Source: an uncultured delta proteobacterium (lineage in GTDB: Bacteria > Myxococcota_A > Polyangia > Polyangiales > Polyangiaceae). From it: a stretch of 64,000 bases of DNA. The position numbers and the translations under genes were made by a program. The notes under the pieces are model-generated. The model ran no database searches and was not told the origin of the DNA. It saw only the letters and a list, made by a program, of their open reading frames with translations. The stretch lies in NCBI GenBank assembly GCA_963696385.1, contig CAVOKF010000007.1, forward strand, positions 512,001-576,000, in the 5' to 3' direction. Of the stretch, positions 28,500 to 38,695 are shown one piece after another (position 1 is the stretch's first letter; every line of letters starts with the position of its first letter).

Positions 28500-30737
28500 A
28501 TGAGGCTCGGCACGAAACGCGATGCCCTCGCCGGAGAACGCGCCGAGACGGCGCGGCGATCGGAACGCTCGGCTCCGCGAATCGTCGGCCGCGCGATCTC
28601 GCCGGCCGTCGCAACGATGGCGCTCGCCTTCTTGCAGTGCACCCATTCCACCTGTGCGAGCCAGCCGACTGCGAAACACGAAGCGGCGGGGGCCCCTTCG
28701 GCGGCTGTCCGCGCCGCTGGCCCTTTAGAAATCGCGGAGCTCGTCTACGACGACGGACTCAAAAATCAGTGGCAAGACTGGGGCTGGGCCCCGCGCGAGG
28801 TGCCTCGCGATGGCCCCGCCAAGGTTCGATTCAGCGACTACGGCGGGTGGATTCTCGCCAAGCCCGGACTGAGCGGGAGCTACGACGCGGTCCGCTTTCG
28901 GGTCAAACGGCCCGCGGGCGAGGGAGAGTTCCTGGAAGTCGGTGTGGAGCTCGGCGGCACGAAGAGGCCGCACATCCACGTGACCGCAGGCGATGCCAAG
29001 GATTTGGGCGACGGTTGGACCGAGGTCGTTCTCCCGATGGATCGGCTCAATCCTGGTTCTGCCCCCTTCGACCACGTCGTGTTCCAGGCGTATCGAACCG
29101 TGCCCGGGGATTGGGTACTGCTCAATGGGATTGCGCTCATGCGCCGTGTTTCGAAGCCTTCGACGGCTTACACCCCACAAGAAGCGAGGCCCGTGGCGGC
29201 GCGCGTCGCGTGCGATGCGCAAGCCATTCCGGTGAGCCCCCTCATCTATGGAGCCGCGGGAGACATCGACGCGACGATCCATCGTTGGGGCGGCAACCCA
29301 ACCACGACGTACAACTGGGAAGCCAAGGTGTGGAACGTCGGCAAAGACTGGTTTTTCGAAAATCACTCGGCGCCGGATTATCGGCAGTTTCTGAGTGAGA
29401 ATGCGTCCCACCACACGTTGTCGGCGCTGACGGTGCCCATCCTCGGCTGGGTTGCCAAGGACGGATCGTCGAACGGGTTTCCCGTCTCCGTGTACGGCCC
29501 ACAAGCCGAGACCGACCCGTGGCGTCCCGACGCCGGGAACGGACGGACACGGGCCGGCGCACCGATCAGCCCTATCCTGCCCCCTGCCGCGGGCCAACCA
29601 GCACCGCCCTCCTGGATCAAGCGATGGGTGTCGGAGATCGCCAGCGCGGATGCGAAAAGCGGCAAGCGCAGCGTCGCCGAGTACATCTTGGACAATGAAC
29701 CGATGCTTTGGCACGAGACCCATCGATCGATGCGGCCGGACCCTCTCGGGTACGACGAGTTGTTGCACCGCACGATCGACTACGGCAGCGCCATTCGCGA
29801 GGCAGACCCCACGGCGGTCATCGCCGGACCGGCGGAATGGGGCTGGACCGGGTACTTCTATTCGGCCAAGGACATCGCGCAGGGAGGCCCGTCGGCCCGG
29901 ATCGATCGACGCCTCCACGGCGATGTTCCACTGGTGGAGTGGTACCTTCGAAAGCTGCGCGACCAGGAGCAGACTTCGGGCGTCCGCATTCTCGACGTCT
30001 TCGATCTGCATTATTACCCCCAGGCGGACAAGGTCTATAGCGACGCATCCGATCCGGCGACGTCCGCGCTCCGTCTGCGGTCGACGCGAAGCCTCTGGGA
30101 CAAGACGTACGTCGACGAATCGTGGATCAAGGACACGATCGCGCTTCTGCCCCGCATGAGAGAGTGGGTGGATCGGAATTATCCAGGTCGAGCGATTTCG
30201 ATTGGCGAATGGAACTTCGGGGGAGAAGGGCACATTTCCGGCGCCCTTGCGATCGCCGAGACGCTTGGACGCTTCGCTCAGTTCGGCGTTACCTCGGCGT
30301 TCTACTGGATGGCCCCACCGCGTGGATCCCCGGGGGCGCAGGGATTTGTCGCCTATCGCAATTTCGACGGCAAGGGAGGTCGATTCCTCGACTGGTACGT
30401 TCCCACGACGTCGGCGTCGAGAGACGTGTCGCTCTTCGCCTCGCGGGACGATGGGGGTACCCATGGGGTTGTCGTCGTTGTCAACCTATCGTCCGAGGAT
30501 GCGATCCTCGTGAAGATCGACACGGCGTCGTGCGGCACCGTCGTATCGCGTCAGGCTTATTCGTTCAGCGCTGGAGCCTCGCAATTCCAGGCTACCGCAA
30601 TGCCGCCGACGAACGACGCGACCGTCAACCAGGTGCTGGCTCCCTGGTCGATTGCCGTCATCGACTTGCGCTTCGGGCCACCGATTCGCGGCCAACCGCA
30701 GCCCCCCGCGTCGGCGGCGGCGAGTACCGGCCCGTAG
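28500..30737 (+). CDS. Glycoside hydrolase family 44 endoglucanase (EpsB-like) with N-terminal beta domain
   Basis: RWGGNPTTTYNW, YILDNEPMLWHETH, GPAEWGW, DLHYYPQ, RSTRSLWD, ISIGEWNFGG; start may be 28617. Confidence 0.85.
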   Translation: MRLGTKRDALAGERAETARRSERSAPRIVGRAISPAVATMALAFLQCTHSTCASQPTAKHEAAGAPSAAVRAAGPLEIAELVYDDGLKNQWQDWGWAPREVPRDGPAKVRFSDYGGWILAKPGLSGSYDAVRFRVKRPAGEGEFLEVGVELGGTKRPHIHVTAGDAKDLGDGWTEVVLPMDRLNPGSAPFDHVVFQAYRTVPGDWVLLNGIALMRRVSKPSTAYTPQEARPVAARVACDAQAIPVSPLIYGAAGDIDATIHRWGGNPTTTYNWEAKVWNVGKDWFFENHSAPDYRQFLSENASHHTLSALTVPILGWVAKDGSSNGFPVSVYGPQAETDPWRPDAGNGRTRAGAPISPILPPAAGQPAPPSWIKRWVSEIASADAKSGKRSVAEYILDNEPMLWHETHRSMRPDPLGYDELLHRTIDYGSAIREADPTAVIAGPAEWGWTGYFYSAKDIAQGGPSARIDRRLHGDVPLVEWYLRKLRDQEQTSGVRILDVFDLHYYPQADKVYSDASDPATSALRLRSTRSLWDKTYVDESWIKDTIALLPRMREWVDRNYPGRAISIGEWNFGGEGHISGALAIAETLGRFAQFGVTSAFYWMAPPRGSPGAQGFVAYRNFDGKGGRFLDWYVPTTSASRDVSLFASRDDGGTHGVVVVVNLSSEDAILVKIDTASCGTVVSRQAYSFSAGASQFQATAMPPTNDATVNQVLAPWSIAVIDLRFGPPIRGQPQPPASAAASTGP

Positions 30738-31068
30738 CGGGCCGTTCTTGCGACGCGCGTCGGGGCGGGACCCGGCAGCCGGGCTCCCCGTCGCGAAGCC
30801 CTACTCAACTTCATCGCGATGCGATTTGCTGCGGTACCGTGAATTTGCAGCTGCGCCACCAAAAGAGCCCGCCGCGCTGGGGCCACGGACCGTGAACGGA
30901 CAGGACGGCAACGGCATCCGCCGTAGAGTTCGACGCTGCGGTTTCGGCGGGAGTGGATTTCCGTCGACCGAGGCGTCAGGATTCCCCGGGACCCGCGCTC
31001 TTTTTGGATCGGCCTGCGCGGGCCTGGTTTGAGACATCGCTTCGAATCAACGACGAGAACGGACTCCC

Positions 31069-32130
31069 ATGCGAACATCGACGACACTCTCGCTCAAGCT
31101 TGCGCTCCGTTTTGCCTCGTGTGCTCTGATCGCATGCGGCAGCAACACGGCGAACGTGGGCTCGGGCAACCAAAATTCCGCGGCCAGCTCGAGTCCGTCC
31201 ACCGTGGGCCTTGGAACCACGAGCTCTTCGAGCACGGGCACCCCGCTCGGCGGCGGGACTACGAGCTCTTCGAGCGCGAGCATGGCAGCCACGGGAGGAA
31301 GCACGAGCAGCAGCACGAGCCTGTCGACCGGCTCGGCCAGCTCGACGGGATCGGGCTCGACGACGAGCACGGGGGCTCCGCCTTCTGACGCCGGCGGAAA
31401 CACGGCCCCGCCCGATTCGGGGAGCGCTTCCGGGGAGGGCGGCACGGCTGGTTGTCCGGCGGGAGCGATCTTCTGCGACGGGTTCGAAGGCAGCACGATG
31501 CTCGACTCGAACTGGACCGTCCTCAATACGGGGGGCGCGGCCAATACCGCCACGGTGGTGACGACCAAGGCGCACACCGGCACGAACTCCGTGCACATCA
31601 GCTTCGCGAGCGGGGCAAGCGGGTACACCTTCATCAGTGAGACAAAGGGCTTTCCGATCACGACTGCCAGTTGGGGCCGGGTCTGGCTGTATGTGATGAC
31701 GACTCCGGGAGCCCACGAGATCTACATCCAGAGTTCGAACGGCATGAGTATCGGGAACAATGGCATCCGCGAGTTGAACACGTACAACGGGCCGGACGTT
31801 CGGACCAATATCGACCCGGTCGGCGGCGGGGAGACAAATGGGATCTCCACTCCTGCAGTGGCTTTGCCGATGGGAGTATGGACGTGCTTCGAGTGGACCG
31901 TGTCCTTGGCCGGCACGATGGGAACCACCTCCCTGTACATGAATGCCACCGGCACGACCACCTCGGCGCTCGTGCCCGGGACGACGGCCACCTTCCCGTC
32001 GACGGGGAATGTGTCGGTCACAGCCTTGACGGAGCAGATGATCGGATACGAGCGTTACAGCGGCGGCGCGGCCGGCGATGTTTACATCGACGACTACGCC
32101 ATCGGAACGACGCAGCTTGGGTGCGACTAG
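31069..32130 (+). CDS. Ser/Thr-linker lipoprotein with Cip1-like beta-sandwich domain
   Basis: LIA-C lipobox; CPAGAIFCDGFE, WGRVWLY, WTCFEW, VYIDDYAIG...LGC. Confidence 0.6.
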   Translation: MRTSTTLSLKLALRFASCALIACGSNTANVGSGNQNSAASSSPSTVGLGTTSSSSTGTPLGGGTTSSSSASMAATGGSTSSSTSLSTGSASSTGSGSTTSTGAPPSDAGGNTAPPDSGSASGEGGTAGCPAGAIFCDGFEGSTMLDSNWTVLNTGGAANTATVVTTKAHTGTNSVHISFASGASGYTFISETKGFPITTASWGRVWLYVMTTPGAHEIYIQSSNGMSIGNNGIRELNTYNGPDVRTNIDPVGGGETNGISTPAVALPMGVWTCFEWTVSLAGTMGTTSLYMNATGTTTSALVPGTTATFPSTGNVSVTALTEQMIGYERYSGGAAGDVYIDDYAIGTTQLGCD

Positions 32131-32262
32131 GAGGCCGGAGTCACTGGGGCTGCGCAGCCGCGGTCTCCGTCGTGTTGACCCCAGAGCCGATCCATGACGG
32201 GGGCAGTGAAGAAGCGTCCGCTCCCGTTTGTCGGAGCTTCGTTCATCGAACATGTGTGACCT

Positions 32263-32997
32263 ATGATCCGTACCGCAGCGTTCGCGACATCCGCCGCCTT
32301 GCTCGCGGCTTGTTCCAGCTCAACGGCAGGCGGACCCGGAGACAGCAGCGACGCCACGGTGCTGGATGGGGCAACGGAGGGCGGCGAGGCGGGCGAGGAT
32401 TCGGCCTCGCCATCGGCGGGCTCGGCCGACGTCACCGGCACGTTAAACGGGCAGGCGTTGGGTGTGCAGAGTGCGTTCGCGGGCATTGCGTCCGCCCCGG
32501 GCACCGATGCCGGTTCCATTCTGTACGAGGCCGTCATCAATCTGGTGAGCGTCGCGAGCGCATGCTCGTTCTACACGCTCTATCCCGACCAACTCGTGTC
32601 CGTCCATGACAGTCAAGATCTCACCCTGGTGGTGATCACGGACTCTCCGCTGACGCCAGGGACATACCCGATCGTGGTGCCCAATATCGTAGCCGACACC
32701 ACCCTCAGCGCGCTGGGAGCCGTGGCTCTGTACTCGTCTTCCGACGGAATGTGCAACGGGACCGCCTTTGAAGAGGCGGCCAGCGGAACGATCCGCATCA
32801 CGACCGTTACCGCGTCGCAATTCACGGGCACTTTCGACCTCGTGCTGGGCCCACCCCTTGCGAACGGCGTCGATACGACCCATCCAGACGCGGTGAATGG
32901 CTCGTTCGCCGCGTTCCTTTGTCCTGCCTTCAGCGACAATTTGACGGGCGAAGTCGACGGATCGACTCCGTCCACCGACGCGGGCCTGTGCCTGTGA
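32263..32997 (+). CDS. Hypothetical lipoprotein
   Basis: LLAA-C lipobox; beta-rich mature part; ordinary amino-acid composition. Confidence 0.65.
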   Translation: MIRTAAFATSAALLAACSSSTAGGPGDSSDATVLDGATEGGEAGEDSASPSAGSADVTGTLNGQALGVQSAFAGIASAPGTDAGSILYEAVINLVSVASACSFYTLYPDQLVSVHDSQDLTLVVITDSPLTPGTYPIVVPNIVADTTLSALGAVALYSSSDGMCNGTAFEEAASGTIRITTVTASQFTGTFDLVLGPPLANGVDTTHPDAVNGSFAAFLCPAFSDNLTGEVDGSTPSTDAGLCL

Positions 32998-33146
32998 CTT
33001 CGTATCGAAGGACGAAGAACGAGGTCGTTGCGGCCGTTCACGAAGGGACCCGCAGCTCATCGGGCCAGAGCGCGGCGAGCGGCATGAGCAGCGCCTCGGG
33101 ATCTCGAGGCGGTCCTTGAGCAACGCCTGCGGCCCCCTCGAACGAA

Positions 33147-34163
33147 TCACCACCGCGCGCCTGTCGCCGAGCCGGCAACGGCCGTCGAAGCAAGCACGTC
33201 GAAGGCCGTCGCGCATTCGTCGAGACCGGTGGCGTATTGGTTTCGGCGGGAGGCCGAGATCCACGCCGGATCGACGTGCCGGCGAGTGCGCAGCAACACC
33301 TCGGATTTCACGAGGTCGACGATGGAAAGACGCACGTCGTGCGCACGCTCGCCGTCCAGCTCCGTCGGCCCGCCGCCCAGTCCCGGTTCGTCCAGGGCGA
33401 CGACGAGCACCTCGGCCTCTGCCGCTTTGACCCCCCGCTCGACGGGCGCCTTGCGCAGTGCCTGCTTCAGGGCGTCGAGCTCGGGAACGCTTTGGGCATT
33501 CCGCACGTCGCGTTGCCAGGGGCCGGCCAAAACCGGCAAGGCCGCTTCGGCCTCTTCGAGCAGCCGGACCTGGCTCGTCGCCTGTTCGACGGGCCAGCCC
33601 CCGCGGTAGGCCACGAGCACGCGGCCGAGCAGCGCACCTTCCGTTCGCGACGACGGCGGGTCCAAAAGGCAAAGCAGAAGTGCGTCCTTGAACGAAGTCT
33701 TCGCCGCCGCGGCGATGGATCCCGAGCCGGCGAACGCCGTGACAGGGGCATGAAGGTAAATTCCCGGCCGCTGCCGGAGGGCGCCGATCGCGCCGGACAC
33801 CCGCAACTCCGGCGCGATGAGATCGCCTTCGTACCTCTTGGCCAATCGGTCGACCCACGCTTCGACGCCGGCTATCCGCGCACGATCGGGCGGGACGAAC
33901 CCCGTCTCGCGCCGGCGTTCTTCTTCCACAAGGTCCACCCGATCGCGCTCGAGCCGTACGCGCGCGCGACGACGAACGCTCGACCCGACGCAGACGATGG
34001 CCATCGCGGCTAGGACGACCCCGAACCGCAGAACCGACGCCCATCGCCGCGCCCTCGCGCGCCCGCGTACGACCCGGAACGCGGCCGTCGTCCCGCAAAC
34101 ACTCGCCCGGACGCGAGCTGCGAGCCCGGGCCCCATTTTGGAGTTCACGAGAAGCGTCGGCAC
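33147..34163 (-). CDS. Hypothetical membrane-anchored protein
   Basis: One hydrophobic segment (VLRFGVVLAAMAIVCVG); starts 9 bp after the MutS-like gene. Confidence 0.6.
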   Translation of the reverse strand: MPTLLVNSKMGPGLAARVRASVCGTTAAFRVVRGRARARRWASVLRFGVVLAAMAIVCVGSSVRRRARVRLERDRVDLVEEERRRETGFVPPDRARIAGVEAWVDRLAKRYEGDLIAPELRVSGAIGALRQRPGIYLHAPVTAFAGSGSIAAAAKTSFKDALLLCLLDPPSSRTEGALLGRVLVAYRGGWPVEQATSQVRLLEEAEAALPVLAGPWQRDVRNAQSVPELDALKQALRKAPVERGVKAAEAEVLVVALDEPGLGGGPTELDGERAHDVRLSIVDLVKSEVLLRTRRHVDPAWISASRRNQYATGLDECATAFDVLASTAVAGSATGARW

Positions 34164-34171
34164 CGAGCCCC

Positions 34172-35914
34172 TCAGTCGACGCTCGACCCGGCGATCTTCG
34201 CACGGTGGACGTTCTGCTCGACGAGAGCCAGCAGCTGTTCGCCGGTCACGCCCAGCCGCGACGCCGTATGGCTCGCGAGCGACGTTCGCGCCACTCCCGG
34301 CGCGAACTTGTACGTCGGCCGATGGTCCGCCCCGATCTCGACCTGCAAAAACCTCAGGTCCGCAATCTTGCGTTGTCGCTCGAGCCGTGCGGCAAAGGCG
34401 AGAAAGTGCGTCGTGATGAAGGTTTGCGGCTTCAGCCGCGTCAGCATGCGGACGACGAGCTCGAAAATCTCTTCGCCCTCGGATGGGTTGGTGCCCGAGC
34501 AGAGCTCGTCGAGGATCACCATGGCCCCCGGCGGCAGATTCTCGAAAAGCCGCCGGATTCGCAGGAGCTCCATGCCGAGTCGTCCCTCGGGTTGATCCAC
34601 GCTCGTCTCTTGAATAAGCGAAACCACGAGAGACGGGGCGAGCGCGAGATGGGCGGCGCGCGCGGGGACGAATAGACCCGACTGCGCCAAGATCTGAGCG
34701 AGGCCGAGGGTTTGGAGCAAGCGAGTCTTGCCTCCCGAGTTCGGGCCCGTCACGAGGACGGTCGTGTCGTGCCGATCGATGTGGATGTCGCAGGGGACGA
34801 CGGATACGCCGCTGGCCAAAAGAAGCGGGTTGAAGAGACCGAGCAGTGCGCGGGGCGCGTCCGGAGACACGATGTCCGGCAACGACACCTCGAGGCCCGC
34901 CGCGTTCGCGAGGTCGCGAAACCCCAAGGCACCCAAGTAGAACTCGATTTCTCCAAGCATCTGCACGAGGGCGACAATCTCTTCATGAATTCCGTCGAAC
35001 ACGGCGTAAATGAGGCGAGCCATGACCTCGCCGTCACTGAACCAAAAGCCTCGCACGAATAGCTCGACCTTCGCGAGCCACCGCCGCCAGGTCGAGGTGA
35101 CGAATGGGTTCTCCGTGTTCTCCGATACCGTGAGGATCTCGAAACCGCGAATCCTGCCGTCCGCGCCGATTCCTACCTTGACGTTCAACGTCGCGAGGCG
35201 TTCGTCGTAACGTAACAAGTCGCACATCGAACCGAACATCTCGCCGTTCTCGACCCGTCGAGCGAAGGCGGCGAGACGCGCCAAACCCGAACGCGCCGAC
35301 GCGAATCCTTCCGACATGCAATCGAAGAGCTCTTTGACAAGCTGTAGGATGTCGAGCTGTCTGCGGTTGGCGTCCCACTTGCCGCCGCCCGCGACGCCCT
35401 CGAGCTGTCCGCGGAAGCGACACAAAAGGACGTACAGCCGCTCGAACTGCCGCCGTAGCTCCGGCGACCCGACGAGCTCCGCGAGCACCGCTCGACGAAA
35501 CTGCACGACCGAGGGGTCCGCGGGCGGGTGCGTGAGCAGTTTCACCAAATGAGTGGTGCAGCCGATCGGCGGGTCGTTGCCCACACGGACCTTGAGGCAG
35601 TTGAGCACGAAGCTCTTGATGAACAGGTCGTCCTCGAAGGCCGCGGGGCTCCACGTCGAGAAGCCCACCGACGAGCGGTCGAGCGCGTCGCCAAAGAGGC
35701 CACCCGAAGTGCCTCCGGCGAATGCAATCGCGATCCCTACGCGCACCGCGTCGGCGTCGATCCGAACGACGGGCGTTGGGTGCAGCAAGTCGGGTTGTCG
35801 CACGTCGGCTTCCCAGCGCCGTTGGGGCATGTCGCGTGCGGTTTCCCTATTCGGCGGACCTATCTCGAGTGCGGCCACATCGCCTCCTTGCCGATCCGGA
35901 ATCGTCGTTGACAC
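34172..35914 (-). CDS. MutS-like ATPase (domain V) protein
   Basis: GLFNPLL, VTGPNSGGKT, EGRLGMEL, ILDELCSGTNPSEG, ITTHF. Confidence 0.85.
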   Translation of the reverse strand: MSTTIPDRQGGDVAALEIGPPNRETARDMPQRRWEADVRQPDLLHPTPVVRIDADAVRVGIAIAFAGGTSGGLFGDALDRSSVGFSTWSPAAFEDDLFIKSFVLNCLKVRVGNDPPIGCTTHLVKLLTHPPADPSVVQFRRAVLAELVGSPELRRQFERLYVLLCRFRGQLEGVAGGGKWDANRRQLDILQLVKELFDCMSEGFASARSGLARLAAFARRVENGEMFGSMCDLLRYDERLATLNVKVGIGADGRIRGFEILTVSENTENPFVTSTWRRWLAKVELFVRGFWFSDGEVMARLIYAVFDGIHEEIVALVQMLGEIEFYLGALGFRDLANAAGLEVSLPDIVSPDAPRALLGLFNPLLLASGVSVVPCDIHIDRHDTTVLVTGPNSGGKTRLLQTLGLAQILAQSGLFVPARAAHLALAPSLVVSLIQETSVDQPEGRLGMELLRIRRLFENLPPGAMVILDELCSGTNPSEGEEIFELVVRMLTRLKPQTFITTHFLAFAARLERQRKIADLRFLQVEIGADHRPTYKFAPGVARTSLASHTASRLGVTGEQLLALVEQNVHRAKIAGSSVD

Positions 35915-35961
35915 ACCGGCGGGGTTGTTCGTTCCCGGCGGGGACCAAAAAGGAACCGTTC

Positions 35962-36048
35962 GGGGTCGAGGTCAGGGTTGTCGCGGTCGGGGTTGTCGCG
36001 GTCGGGGTCGTCGGGGTCGCGGTCGAGGTCGGCGGCGGGGTCGGGGGG
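35962..36048. repeat. Intergenic GGGGTC/GCGGTC hexamer array
   Basis: ggggtcgaggtcagggttgtcgcggtcggggttgtcgcggtcggggtc... Confidence 0.75.
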
Positions 36049-36138
36049 GCGCGTTGCGGCCCCGGTCATCTGGGGCGGACAAGACCCGGACACGGGCAGC
36101 CCGGGTCGGTAGAGTGGGCACGAAGAAGGCAGCCGGAC

Positions 36139-36714
36139 ATGAAAAACCTCGCCGATCGATTGCAGGGGCTTGCGGCACGACTGCGGGAGCGTGCGCGCCG
36201 TCGCCGCGCGAGCGCGCCGCTGCAACGATCGGGGGCCGAGCCCGTCACGTACGTGCGGCAGCTGATGACCGGAAATCCGCGGACCTGCGGGCCGGCCGAC
36301 ACGCTTCATGACGTGGCGCGGATCATGTGGGACACCGATTGCGGGTGCGTGCCCGTGGTGGACGCGGACGGACGCGCCGTCGCGATGATCACCGACCGCG
36401 ACATTTGCATGGCGGCTTACACCCAAGGCAAGCCACTCGGAGCGATCCTCGTGTCGAGTGCCTCGTCGCGCTCGCTCGTGGCGGCTCGCGAAGGCGACAC
36501 GCTTCAAACCGCCTTGGACTCGATGCGGGATGCTCGCGTCCGGCGCCTGCCGGTGATCGATGCGGCCGGGCGACTGGTCGGCGTTCTGTCGTGGAGCGAT
36601 CTCGTGCGTCACGAGCATCTCGGCGCGCCAAGCAGCGGGGGCGAGGCCGATCGCCTTGCGAGCACGTTCGCGGCCATCTGCGAGCGCGAGCCCAAGCGCG
36701 CGGCCCTTCGCTGA
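36139..36714 (+). CDS. CBS domain-containing protein
   Basis: IMWDTDCGCVPVVD, MITDRDIC, VRRLPVID, GVLSWSDL. Confidence 0.85.
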   Translation: MKNLADRLQGLAARLRERARRRRASAPLQRSGAEPVTYVRQLMTGNPRTCGPADTLHDVARIMWDTDCGCVPVVDADGRAVAMITDRDICMAAYTQGKPLGAILVSSASSRSLVAAREGDTLQTALDSMRDARVRRLPVIDAAGRLVGVLSWSDLVRHEHLGAPSSGGEADRLASTFAAICEREPKRAALR

Positions 36715-36858
36715 GGGGGCGGCAGCGCCCGACGCGGCGGCTTCCCATTTCTTCTCCGTCTCCGCGGTCCCCGGCTTCGAACAAAATTGCAGCTCGTGCG
36801 GAATAACCCAGCCACGTGGGCTTGAGCTCTTTCGATGGGCTATGGATACTCGGTGTAC

Positions 36859-38543
36859 ATGGTGAACACGCGGCAGCTCATTTCGATTCTTCCATGGTTA
36901 ACGCTCGCGGCCCCAATGGCCTGCTCGAGCGGGCCGCAGGGCGGCAATCCGACTCCGGCCGGGACCGGTGCCAACTCGACGGCAGCGGCCAACCCCACTT
37001 CGACGGGCAGCGGCACGGGCACGGGCACGGGCAGCGGGTCTGGGTCGACGGTCGTTGTGGGCACATCGAACTCTTCCTCTTCGGCAAGCGGTGGCAGCAG
37101 CGGCAGCAGCGGCGTGCCCGCCGGCACTCAGGCCGGGGTTCCGTGCGGGGGATCGCTATGCGCCCTATTTGCGTGTTGCCAAACGGGCACCAGCACCCCC
37201 GTGTGCGGGGCTCCGACGGACGACGGCGGTCTCGGCGCAGGCGCTTGTGCAGCCGACCAACAACAGCTCTGCGTGACCGACAACGACTGCCAACAGAACC
37301 TCCAGTATTGCGTGAGCGGATTCTGCGCTGCGAGCCCCCCCCAGCAGGGCGACGCGAGCGTCGGAACCGGGGTCGTTCCTCCCATCACAGACGGTGGCGT
37401 AAGCGGCGGCGGCACGGGGGGGACTTTGACGGGGCGCCCTTCACGGCCCCGACCGATACGGGTGCCATTCCGACAGGCTATCCCGCGCCGACGGCGGCAA
37501 ATTTCGCCAAGTGCCAGACGGTACCGATCAGCTCGACGGCATGCACCGGCCAGGACGCGGGCGACACGTGCATCGAATGCCTCTTCGGAGGGAGCACGTA
37601 CGACAACACGGTCGATCCTCCCGGTACGGCGACCGCCGTCAGCGAGGCCGGCAACTACGCGGTGACCGTGACCATCGGAGGGGCCGCCGCCGGCTCGACG
37701 TATGTCAGCACCGAGTCCGAGCGCGGGCTTTTGGCGCCGGTGACTACAGCGGCCGGCCAGTCCTTGACGTACTCCTTCGCGGTCAACGTTCGAGGCATGG
37801 AGGGGCAGCCCAACCATGCCGGCGGACCGGGCGGTTATCCCGGGCTGGACTTGTTCTTCTCGGGCCCCGCGGCGACGCCTCCACAGGTCTCCGCCATCGG
37901 GTACAGTCTGCTCACGACGACGCCGCCGCCGATCGTCGTCTACATTGCGAGCGACTCGACCGCGTGCGACCAGACCGGGGGCGCATTCGGCGGCTGGGGG
38001 CAAATGCTTCCGGAGTTCTTCATGCCTCCGATCGCCGTCGCCAACTACGCAAACAGCGGAGCGAGCTCCGCGGACTTCATCGGAAACCCCGATCTTTGGG
38101 GAGGCATCACCTCGCATTGGAAGGCGGGGGACTTTGTCCTCATCCAATTTGGTCACAACGACAAGACAATCACCGACGCGCAGGTCGAAACGAACCTGGA
38201 GAAATACGTCGAGCAGGCCAAGGCGGCGAACGTCACGCCGATTCTGGTGTCGCCTCCCGCCCGCGTGCAGTTCGGCAACGGCACCACGGACGGTCCCCAA
38301 ACGAGCCTTCACGAGGCCTCGGCGGCGGGGGCTGCCATGGTGGAAAACGTCGGCTACATCCCGCTCACCGACCTGTCCACAGCTTGGTACAATACGCTCG
38401 GCTCTCAGGCCGCGGCATTGAAGTTCCACGCGAACGATTCGGACGCGACGCATACGAACTTGGTTGGCGCCGCAAAGCTTGCCAGTCTCGTGGCGGGATC
38501 GATCAAGGCTCAGAACCTGCCTCTGGCTCAGTACTTGAGGTAG
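36859..38543 (+). pseudogene. Lipoprotein with Cys-rich segment and SGNH rhamnogalacturonan acetylesterase-like (CE12) domain; apparent frameshift in the G7 run at 37416-37422
   Basis: PMA-C signal; after GGGTG the frame must shift to DFDGAPFTAP; YIASDST, GGWGQ, NSGASS, IQFGHND, DATH. Confidence 0.78.
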
Positions 38544-38695
38544 GGGGGGTCGCCACCTCTTGTCGGTCCTGGAGGGTTGCATGCGGTCGAGCCGATCCGG
38601 CCCTCCAGGTCCAGGTCGCCGCGTCAGCGGACTTGTCCGAGGCCGCGCAGGCCGTTCTCCAAGGGGAAGGACCCTCGATTCGGGCGCTGTTGCCG

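Noticed and set aside
37511..38695. N-terminal 395 codons of the 917-aa ORF
   Set aside because: Alternative frame over the esterase gene; the real protein starts at the signal peptide ATG 38696
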